Positions 38,483 to 47,300 of a stretch of 64,000 bases of DNA are shown here, in pieces (the stretch's first letter is position 1; each line of letters starts with the position of its first letter). The stretch is from a virus: positions 4,333-68,332 of IMG/VR virus record IMGVR_UViG_3300010375_000019. The stretch is one strand, 5' to 3'. The translations under genes were made by a program, and so were the position numbers. Below the pieces are notes generated by a model that saw only the letters and a list, made by a program, of their open reading frames with translations, was not told the origin of the DNA and did not search any database.

Positions 38483-39379
38483 ATGAGCGAAGAAAAAAAG
38501 GAAGTGGCACAACTCACACCAGTGCAGACATTCCAAAACCAATTGAAAGGATATGAAGGCAATATCCGTGACCTGCTGGCCATCCACGGAATGACCGAAC
38601 GCGAGTTCATGGTGGTAACGTTGAACTCCATCAAAAAAGTACCAAAACTCTTGGAGTGCGATCGCAAGACATTGATAGCTGCCATCCTTACGAGTGCGGA
38701 ACTGGGATTGCCTCCAAACACACCACTAGGACTGTCGTACATACTCCCCTACAACCGCAAGGTCAAAGTCGGAAACCAATGGACACACGTTCTTGAGGCG
38801 CAGTGGCAACCGGGATACCAAGGTCTATTGGAAGTTGTCCTCCGCAATCCCAGAGTGGAAAGCATTGACTCAGGCATCGTGTATTCCAATGAGACGTGGG
38901 TATTCAACAAAGGACTACGCGATCCTTTCAGCCATACCCCTCTTCCCCCATCGAAACGAGGGGAGCCTGTAGGTGCTTATGCGATAGCGTGGTTGAAGGA
39001 TTCCGTCAAGCCAAAGGTTGTGTTCCTTTACAAAGAGGAAATCGACATGTTCAAGAAAATTTCCCAAGGCGCTAACTCGGAATATTCCCCTTGGAACAGC
39101 GATGAGAAAGACCCGGCCAAATGGATGTGGAGGAAGACCTGCATCAAACAGTTGATAAAGGAACTCCCCAAGACCAAGGAGATGGCACGCGCCTACGTAC
39201 ACGACAACGTTGTGGAAATGGGCGGCAGCCAAACCGTCACCGAGGAAGGCACCGTTGAGGTCATAGAAAGCGATTTCCAGAAGAACCAGCCAAAGATCGA
39301 GCAGAAGGAAGCCAAGGACGCCAACATAGCCTCCACCATACAGGACGGGCTCTTTGACAAAAACAAAAAAGAGTCATGA
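38483..39379 (+). CDS. recT: RecT-family recombinase
   Basis: PKLLECD, AELGL.P...LG.SYILPY, GYQGL, MWRKTCIKQL.K.LP. Confidence 0.93.
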   Translation: MSEEKKEVAQLTPVQTFQNQLKGYEGNIRDLLAIHGMTEREFMVVTLNSIKKVPKLLECDRKTLIAAILTSAELGLPPNTPLGLSYILPYNRKVKVGNQWTHVLEAQWQPGYQGLLEVVLRNPRVESIDSGIVYSNETWVFNKGLRDPFSHTPLPPSKRGEPVGAYAIAWLKDSVKPKVVFLYKEEIDMFKKISQGANSEYSPWNSDEKDPAKWMWRKTCIKQLIKELPKTKEMARAYVHDNVVEMGGSQTVTEEGTVEVIESDFQKNQPKIEQKEAKDANIASTIQDGLFDKNKKES

Positions 39380-39609
39380 GGGCTTCGTTATCATATAGGC
39401 CAGTTGTTCCACATGCAGGTAAAACCTTAGGCGATGCACTCAAATCTGTGCTTCGTGAAAAGTATGAATTGGACAGTGTAAGTCATCTTTTGAGGGAAAG
39501 CGACATTCCATATTTGGAAGGATTGAGAGATGCTGGAATTAAAGATGCAAAGGAATTGATCGATTGTATTGAACAGCACAAAAAAGTTGAAATATTTTTG
39601 AGTTATTAA
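39376..39609 (+). CDS. Hypothetical protein
   Basis: Coupled ORF. Confidence 0.55.
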   Translation: MRASLSYRPVVPHAGKTLGDALKSVLREKYELDSVSHLLRESDIPYLEGLRDAGIKDAKELIDCIEQHKKVEIFLSY

Positions 39610-39763
39610 ATGACCAAACGCGAAAAACTGATAGTATCCATCATCAAGTTCAACCAAAATGAACTCTACGACTGGAAATTGAGCAGCAATAAAGCGGACA
39701 ACAAAATGAAGGTACTGGCAAAACTCAATGAACGGATCACCAAAACCATAAAAACATAAACCT

Positions 39764-39952
39764 ATGGACATCCTGCAATACCTGGAGGACTTCGATAATG
39801 CAGAACTCAACGATTACGATTGGGAGGAACAGATGAGGGAAGCAGTGGACAACTTCAACGCTGAGTTCAACGCGGCCTTTGATAAGGCGAAGACGATCGC
39901 CAGATACAAACGCTGGAAGTACAATTTGAAACACGCAGAGCCAACGAAATGA
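39764..39952 (+). CDS. Hypothetical protein
   Basis: 62-aa ORF. Confidence 0.5.
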   Translation: MDILQYLEDFDNAELNDYDWEEQMREAVDNFNAEFNAAFDKAKTIARYKRWKYNLKHAEPTK

Positions 39953-39970
39953 CAGCATTGCAAAAGGTGT

Positions 39971-40363
39971 ATGAAGAGATCGCGATCCGAGAGACCACAC
40001 GTGTGCTCAGGCTGTGGAACGACCCAGCATTTGAGCCACAGCCATCTCATACCTAGAAGTTATCGCAAGGATTTGGAGGCAGTGAAAGAGAATATAACAT
40101 TCCATTGTTTAAGTGTTGGTAAGAAAGGTTGCCACGAGCATTTTGAGGGAATGGGAGCACCGCTACTCATGGATTTTCAATCTAACATGGAGATAATCCG
40201 AAGGCTGGACGAAACATATTTCCTTAAAAAACTTTTCAAACTGCATCAGTATTGGAATGTAAATGACCGCTCAAATTCATTCTCTTCTTTTGTGGCGAAA
40301 AAAGCATTGAGTCCATTTCTTTCTGAACTTCCAAAAATAAATACCGTGAAACTAAATTCGTGA
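39971..40363 (+). CDS. HNH-like nuclease
   Basis: CSGCG...SHLIPRS...NI..HC......CH. Confidence 0.65.
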   Translation: MKRSRSERPHVCSGCGTTQHLSHSHLIPRSYRKDLEAVKENITFHCLSVGKKGCHEHFEGMGAPLLMDFQSNMEIIRRLDETYFLKKLFKLHQYWNVNDRSNSFSSFVAKKALSPFLSELPKINTVKLNS

Positions 40364-40542
40364 ACTATGACAAACAGACGCACTTGGAAGATCAGGGGGT
40401 TTCGTGGCATTAAGAATCCTCGTAATTTCAGTTTTGCTTATAAGCTGGATTTTGAGGTACTTGAAAAAATTCTTAAAATACAATTCAAAAGGTATATAAA
40501 AGGAAAGCAAAATATTGAAGCGTACAAAAAGCAATTAGGTTT

Positions 40543-40758
40543 ATGAAACCACAAAGAGAAGAAGGTTTTTATAAAATCAAAGTTACTGAATTTGGTCCGC
40601 CTTTTTGGACAATTGGTCTTTACCAGCATTACGGAAAAGATATGGCATGTTGGAGATTTGCCGAAGGTGACGGTGATGAAATGTCTTCCTCATTCAACGT
40701 CCTTGAAATAGATGAAAAAATGATAATGAAAGATCGTATTTACGAAGAGAAATTATGA
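40543..40758 (+). CDS. Hypothetical protein
   Basis: Coupled to the YqaJ-like gene. Confidence 0.5.
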   Translation: MKPQREEGFYKIKVTEFGPPFWTIGLYQHYGKDMACWRFAEGDGDEMSSSFNVLEIDEKMIMKDRIYEEKL

Positions 40759-41825
40759 TAAAACAAATCAGAATACCTCAACATACACCTCAATGGCACC
40801 AATGGCGTTTTGAACATGGCTTTGGCGGAAGCGACATCGCAGCTGTGGTAGCCACCAAATCAAAGACCATTGCTGATCTATCGTACACTTCGCCTGTGAA
40901 GCAATTCCTTACGTTCATCGGAGAACCGGTCGATCAATTTTCCGGAAACATTGCGTCAGAATCCGGTCATTACTTCGAGAATATAATTTTGGAATGGCTC
41001 AAATACTATGATCTTGAAGATCACGATCAGCTTGCAATGTTCAGGCGCATCAAGGCAAAAGAAAGACGGATCAACAAAGTAATCCAGCCTAAAGTGTTCA
41101 TGGTTAACTCCAAATATCCACATCTTTTTTATTCACCCGATGCGTGGGTTTTCCCTAACCACGGAAAAGACAAATGGCTCGGGGAATGTAAAAATACGAC
41201 CTCAATGGAGGCAAATCGCTACCTAGCAAAGGTGAGTCCTGCGTTCTATTTGCAGGTACAACAAGGATTAATGATAACCGAACTTCCTTATGCGCTGCTA
41301 AACATTTTGATCGATGGCCGCTGGCTGAACGTTATCCGTATAGAACCACATCAACCTACTTGGGACTTAATTATTGAAGCAAGCACTGAAATGTGGGATA
41401 AAATTCAAAGGGCACGCACTATCAAAAAGCAATACTCGTTGCCCAGTTATTTCGGAGTGAACCATGAAACACTTACAGAAGAACAACGCAAGGCAGTGGA
41501 GATGCTCACTGAACTGGAACCTGACATCACAGGAACAGAAAGCGAACTAGCATTTATACGGGAGATGATAAAACCTTCAGAGGTTGACAACCCCATGCAA
41601 GGGACAGAAACCCAGAGAACGCTTTGTGAAGAGTACCTTGGATTGGGAGACGAACAAGACCTTCTCGAGATAGAACGCAAGAAACGTCAGGTATGGCTCA
41701 TACAGTCGTTGCAAGGATCGAACAAAGCAGAATTCGAGGATGGGACATTTTTTTCTTATAAATCAGATACTCGTGGTTCTCGAAGATTGTATGTTTCACC
41801 TAAAATTTTAACATCAATAAAATGA
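40755..41825 (+). CDS. YqaJ-like viral recombinase exonuclease
   Basis: W..WR..GFGGSD, GH.FE, YSPDA, GECKNT, YLQVQ. Confidence 0.88.
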   Translation: MIKQIRIPQHTPQWHQWRFEHGFGGSDIAAVVATKSKTIADLSYTSPVKQFLTFIGEPVDQFSGNIASESGHYFENIILEWLKYYDLEDHDQLAMFRRIKAKERRINKVIQPKVFMVNSKYPHLFYSPDAWVFPNHGKDKWLGECKNTTSMEANRYLAKVSPAFYLQVQQGLMITELPYALLNILIDGRWLNVIRIEPHQPTWDLIIEASTEMWDKIQRARTIKKQYSLPSYFGVNHETLTEEQRKAVEMLTELEPDITGTESELAFIREMIKPSEVDNPMQGTETQRTLCEEYLGLGDEQDLLEIERKKRQVWLIQSLQGSNKAEFEDGTFFSYKSDTRGSRRLYVSPKILTSIK

Positions 41826-42404
41826 AAAAAGGAACTGAAATACTCAATGGGGTGGAAAACCCGATCACAATGGAAACGCCTTACATTGTGGACATTGAAA
41901 TTATAGGCGCGTGCCCCATTATCTTCCACCGCTGGTCATGCGAGGACGTAGCAAACAAAGCATCGGCCAAAAAAGGTAGTAAGGAAAAGAAATCAGACAA
42001 CATTGAGGCTTTCATTTATCGCGATCAGGAAGGCCATATCTGCCTTCCAGGTGAGTATCTGCGCATGGCAATGGTATATGCCGCCAAATTCAAGCAAGAC
42101 CCACGCAGTCCACGCAAATCGGCATTTGACCTGTTCAAGGCTGGAATAGTGCCTTTGACAGACTTGGCCAAAATAAATGGAGGTACAAAAAACTGGGATT
42201 TTATAGATCAGCGCAATTACAAGAATGCGTCCGGCTTTTTTGAAAGGATGGAGTGCGGAACTGCAATTGATGGTCAATACGCCTGAGTACATCGACTATC
42301 AGTTTTTCAGCGAGGTTCTTTCGATGGCCGGCAGGTTGATCGGGTTGGGCGATTTCAGGCCAACTTACGGAAGGTTCGATATTGCAAAATGTAAAATTTT
42401 ATAA
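41822..42404 (+). pseudogene. RAMP/Cas7-like protein split by one frameshift near 42212
   Basis: PIIFH, ICLPGEYLRMAM (cf. IPGSSLKG); the second frame 42213-42404 reads AITRMRPAFLKGW...AGRLIGLGDFRPTYGRF (glycine-rich loop). Confidence 0.75.
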
Positions 42405-42410
42405 ATTTTT

Positions 42411-42496
42411 GCTGAGGAGGGGTGTTGCAAGGTATGGTAGGTGTATGGTTCGGCGGGGCAGTGTCCGGTGCGGTCTGGAACCTTTCGGTGGAGGTT
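42411..42496 (+). ncRNA. Candidate guide RNA: (G/T)GY-NN pentamer array with 3' hairpin
   Basis: GGAgg GGTgt TGCaa GGTat GGTag g TGTat GGTtc GGCgg GGCag TGTcc GGTgc GGTct GG, then hairpin aacctt...gaggtt. Confidence 0.7.
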
Positions 42497-42510
42497 AACC
42501 GAATTTTTTT

Positions 42511-42897
42511 ATGAATCCATTTGAAAAATATTTATCAAAAGAAGATTTGCTTCACAAATCTGTTTTGGATTTTGTGAGGTATAAATACCCTCACGCAATA
42601 ATTGCTCATCCACCCAATGAAGGAAAAAGAACTCCGTTTGAGAGATTCAAAACAAAATGGCTTGGGATTTCAAGTGGATTACCTGATTTAATGATATTTT
42701 CACCATCGCATAGTTACTTTGGTCTAGCGATAGAAATAAAAGTAAAGCCCAACAAAATGACCGATAGCCAACTCAAATGGCACGAGAACCTCTTCAACTG
42801 TAGATGGCAGTGCGCCTGTGTGTACAACATAGACGAGGCCATGGATGTGATAAACGAATACTTCAACCCTGCAACTAAAAAATATGGAAATAACTGA
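42511..42897 (+). CDS. VRR-NUC domain nuclease
   Basis: E..LH, HPPNEGKR, GLPDLMI, LAIEIK, SQ..W. Confidence 0.9.
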   Translation: MNPFEKYLSKEDLLHKSVLDFVRYKYPHAIIAHPPNEGKRTPFERFKTKWLGISSGLPDLMIFSPSHSYFGLAIEIKVKPNKMTDSQLKWHENLFNCRWQCACVYNIDEAMDVINEYFNPATKKYGNN

Positions 42898-43279
42898 ATT
42901 TAGAATTGGTAACTTAATCAAAGTAAAAGACAAGATTGTTACAATTAATTCATTGAGTGCTGATGGATACAATCATTATGTAGATGATTATGGGCACTTT
43001 CCAATTTGTTGCTGGGAAAAAATATCTGAATCATCTCCTATTCTCCTCACTGAGGAATGGTTTTTTAAATTTGGGTTTAAGAGACTAAATTATGCTTTAG
43101 TTGGTCCAGCTACTGATAGTTATCTTCATCCTGAAGTAAGTATATGGAATCCACCAGGTGATGAAGAATTTAGACTTAATGACACTGTTCATTGCCCAAT
43201 TATTGTATTTGTCCATCAACTTCAAAACCTTTATTTCGCTTTGACAGGACAAGAACTAAAAATAATCGATAAACAATAA
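42884..43279 (+). CDS. Hypothetical phage protein
   Basis: EFRIGNL, PILLTEEW..KFGF, VHQLQNLYFALTG. Confidence 0.7.
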   Translation: MEITEFRIGNLIKVKDKIVTINSLSADGYNHYVDDYGHFPICCWEKISESSPILLTEEWFFKFGFKRLNYALVGPATDSYLHPEVSIWNPPGDEEFRLNDTVHCPIIVFVHQLQNLYFALTGQELKIIDKQ

Positions 43280-43282
43280 AAA

Positions 43283-43645
43283 ATGGAAACCTCAACAGAC
43301 ATCCGTAAAATCAAATTCATACCCTTGGGCGACCGCGTGCTCATAGAGCCTGATCCAGCTGCGTCCATTACCGATACTGGCATCATCATCCCTGAGACAG
43401 CAAAGGAACGCCCACAACTTGGAACAATCGTTGCCTGCGGTGAAGGCAAGGACAACGACAACGAAATCATCCAAAAACTCAACATGATCCTTGTCAAACT
43501 GGACGTGTCGTTCAAGTATTCACCGTTGCACAAGTTTGTTCCTGGTATGCGTGTCCTTTACGGAAGGAACGCTGGCAGCGAAATAGACTATGACGGAAGG
43601 AAATTGCTGATTATGCGGTTTTCAGACATCGCAGGAATTTTGTAG
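43283..43645 (+). CDS. groES: GroES co-chaperonin with internal insertion
   Basis: PLGDRVLIE, GIIIPETAKERPQ.GTIVA.GEG, RVLYG..AGSEI, LIMR.SDI. Confidence 0.9.
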   Translation: METSTDIRKIKFIPLGDRVLIEPDPAASITDTGIIIPETAKERPQLGTIVACGEGKDNDNEIIQKLNMILVKLDVSFKYSPLHKFVPGMRVLYGRNAGSEIDYDGRKLLIMRFSDIAGIL

Positions 43646-43814
43646 TGAGCAAACGTAAACAAAATATCGATCTCAAGACCAGAAGCGGACAAATAGATTT
43701 TCTTGAGAAATATTCAAAGTTCCTTGAAGAACATGGATACCTTGATACTGATTGGAGAACAGAACTGCCTTTTGCTATTGATCGTTTTATGGCTACACTC
43801 AATAAGAAAACAAA

Positions 43815-44114
43815 ATGAAACTGATCCTCAGCCCCAAACACCTTGCAAGGCATCTCTCCAAAATAGATTTCCCATTGGAAGGTGTGGCCACTGTCCGATT
43901 GGAACCAAAGGACAGGTTGGTAATCACTTCAACCTCAAAACAGGAAATAAAACTGTTGTATCACGCAGTTATTGAGAAGCCTGAATCAGAAGAAGAAATA
44001 AAGCAAATAGTCTGCGCTTGGGACAAACTTCTTGAAGTGGTCAAAACCATGCCCGACAGACCGATCATGTTCACCATAGATCACAATAAATTAGAGATGC
44101 TTATTCGGTTTTGA
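43815..44114 (+). CDS. Hypothetical protein
   Basis: 99-aa ORF. Confidence 0.5.
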   Translation: MKLILSPKHLARHLSKIDFPLEGVATVRLEPKDRLVITSTSKQEIKLLYHAVIEKPESEEEIKQIVCAWDKLLEVVKTMPDRPIMFTIDHNKLEMLIRF

Positions 44115-44115
44115 G

Positions 44116-44397
44116 ATGGATTCCATACAGATAAAATATTGGATTGTTGAAAGGTTGAATCAAATTTCGATCGTTGAACTGACCGATGCTTCTTTTTACA
44201 AAGCCTTCCCGAATCCGAAAGGTTCTTTTGTCGATGTGGCCATAAAGAATATGCTTTTGGTGAATAACGGTAACAGGCCAATCGAAACCAGTGAGGAAAT
44301 ACTAGAATATTTTTGTAAAGCAAATGATTTGAAGTATTGGCGTGGCAATGATTTTCCGTTCAATCATTATTTCTGCAAAAAAATCACTCGGTTTTGA
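44116..44397 (+). CDS. Hypothetical protein
   Basis: Last plus-strand ORF, convergent with the ejection gene. Confidence 0.5.
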   Translation: MDSIQIKYWIVERLNQISIVELTDASFYKAFPNPKGSFVDVAIKNMLLVNNGNRPIETSEEILEYFCKANDLKYWRGNDFPFNHYFCKKITRF

Positions 44398-47300
44398 GTT
44401 CCTCGAGCAAATTGTCCATCTCATTTTCGATCTCTCCTTTGGTCTGTTTGATGTCCACACCCAATTGCAATGCAGCCAATTTAAGTGCTCGGTAATCCTT
44501 GAAGATGTTAGTGAACGTTTCCTTTTTGCGTTTCAATGCGTGTTCCTTGTCCTCGGGCTTTGAAGATGGGTTGCGCATCACAAGGTTGAATTCCTTTTTT
44601 GTCTGCTTGATCGCATCGCTCAGGCGGTAGACACGGTAACGGAATGCTTGAGAAATATCCTTCACCTCTGTCTTCTGGCCGGTGAACAAAGCAGTGAGTT
44701 CTTTCCCAAAGTCATATTGCTTGCCGTAGGTGTCCGTGGTGCCTTTTAGTGCTTTGGCAAGATTCTCAACCGATTTTACAGTTCCAACCTGTGTAATACT
44801 CTCAACATGCATGAAAATATCCATCGCTATTTCCCCTGGGGTTGAATAGGGGTTGTAAATCTGTCCACCTGTCTTTTTCTGGTTTCTTGTAACATCCTGA
44901 TAAGCAGTCAGCACCATTTCCTCTGAAAGGAACGGTTGGAGTATCTGCCACGACATATCGAAAGCCGATTCTGGTATACTGTTACCGTTCATGAAGGCAT
45001 AGAAAGGACGCTTGAGGTAACTGAAAGGATCGGAATAACCCATGTCCAGCAAGGTGATTTTGTCCGCCTGATGGCCAAGGTACAGGAACTCGCTGGTTTC
45101 CTGCCATGGGGCCACGAATTTGCGCAAGGCCTTGTCATCGTCATCGTCCATGCCCAAGAATGCCCTTGAGGCTATGGACGCTCCCAAAGGCAAGGAAACG
45201 GCTGTCATAAGTCCAGCCATACGCTGTGCACCAATAGATGCGGTTTCCTTTGAACTTAGTTCACTCTTGGCCAAGGCAGCTGTATTGTATGCCGTCCTGA
45301 TTACCTCCGCAGGGAAGGCCACAAAGGAGCCTATGAACGGGTTGAATCGGAGCTCCTTCACGATCTTTGGCACCAAGGAATAAGTCGGATATGTGGAACG
45401 GACTATTTCTGCTGCTTTATCCTTTACCTGTTGTTTATTCCAATTTGGGAATGCTTTTTTGTAGCGCGAGTATTCGTTCTCGAAAGCGTATATCTTGTAA
45501 AGGTCGTCCTCGAACTGGTAAAGGTTCTGTGCCGTGCTTAAAACACCGTTTTTCACTTTCTGCAAACGCCCTTCATTAAGGCGCTCGAAGAAATCGTTGC
45601 CTTCCTTGATGTCACCGATGATCTTCCTCAATTCCCCGGCCGATGCTGAATCCTGGACGATGCCCAGTTTGATGTACTCCTGTAATTTCTCGCGCATGGC
45701 CTTGTCATTGGAATACAGGTTGGCAAATGCCGTCTGTGCCGCCTTTCCGAACTTGTCCAGCCGCCAATGGCCGTTGGCTATCACAAACCCAAGGTTGCCG
45801 AAGAAGTTGCGTGCGTGGGTCTGTATGGAGAAAATGGTCTTGCCTGCCTTGATGTAGCCGAAGAACTTCAAGAGGTACTGTATGAACTTGCTGTTGGCTT
45901 CGTTTGCGTTGAACTCAGCGAACGCCTGCGCTATCTCAGGCGTGGTGTAGAGTCCGTTCAATGGCGCCATGGTGCGCGAGCCTTCAGCTGCTATCGGTGC
46001 ATAGAACTGTCCCTGTGGTTTATCGAACAGGAACTTCTCCATACCGTCCTTTCTAACATCCTGAAGGAAATGGTTCTTCGCGATCAGGTTTGCCATCTTG
46101 GTCACCGATCTGGCATAGTTGAGCAACGGGTCTCCGTATTCACCCATCAATGCCCTTATCTCAGGCGCGATCTCACCGCGTTTCTTAAGGATGGACAGAT
46201 CCTTGGACCCGAGTTTTGAGCCTTTCATGATGGCCATAGGTGCATCGGGAGAATACAAAAGGTAATTGACAAGCCCCTGCATCTCCTCTTGGCTGTAGTT
46301 GGCGTATTTTTGACGAAGGAACGCCATAGCCTTGTTCTTCACTTCCTCTGGCACCGACCAGAACGGGTCATCGTATTTACGATAGCTTCTGGTCAAGTAA
46401 GTCCCTAAGTTGTCTGTGAACTTGGCCGATAGGTCGCCTGAGACAATACCTTCGTCTATGAACCGTTTGCTCAGGTTGTCCACTTGTGCGCGCATGTCCT
46501 GAATGATCTCGAGTGTCCTTTGCGGTATGGGGTTCAGCGGTTTCTTGCCGCTGAGAACTGCGTTCAAATCGGTCACCTGCGCATCGGTGATCTTTCCGTA
46601 GTCTTTCTCAATGGCTTTTTTGAGGTCACTAATGGTAAACTTTATCTGCGATTCGTATGCACTTATCTCAGCACGTGTCTTGTTCCAACGGTCGAAGACA
46701 TGTTGTGGAAGGTACCCTTTTGAGGTGAACTGTTCCTTGAAGAACTTCTTGATCTTGTCGCCAAGGTCGGTGTCGAACAGGAAATTGTGCGACAGTCCGT
46801 TTGATACCACACCGATCGGGTTTTTCTTGCGTCTGTTGTATGCAACCACATCACTGGCTGTTTCAGGTGCCTGGTGCTGCAACTTGGAACGGTCAACGGT
46901 ATAGGTCTTTTTGCCCGACTTTATCTTCACCTTAGATCCTTCTCGGGAGACAACAACACCTTGTTTGGTGGAGTTCTTCCATTCGAAGTTCACTTTGTCC
47001 TCTTCGCGCACATTGGTGGTTTCGTTCAATGTGGTCTTGGGCGAAGGCTCAGCGGTTTCGGTTTTAGTCTCGGTCTGTATGATCGAGGACTTATGCACCG
47101 GATACACCGTGTTACCGCTCTTGATCTTGTAACGGTCGTGCGATTCGGAGACTATTTCTCCTTCTCTTTCACCACCAAGCCATTCGAAGGTTACTTTTTT
47201 GCCTATTTTTTCTCCGACTCCATTCTCCTCCGTCCCGCTTTGGCTAGGCTCTGGAACTTCACTTTGCCGTACGTTTTCCTCCCTATTGACGCTGTCACTG

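Noticed and set aside
42411-42496. Pentamer tract as a canonical CRISPR mini-array or simple microsatellite
   Set aside because: No repeat-spacer structure, and the dinucleotides vary in a way that decodes to a protein motif
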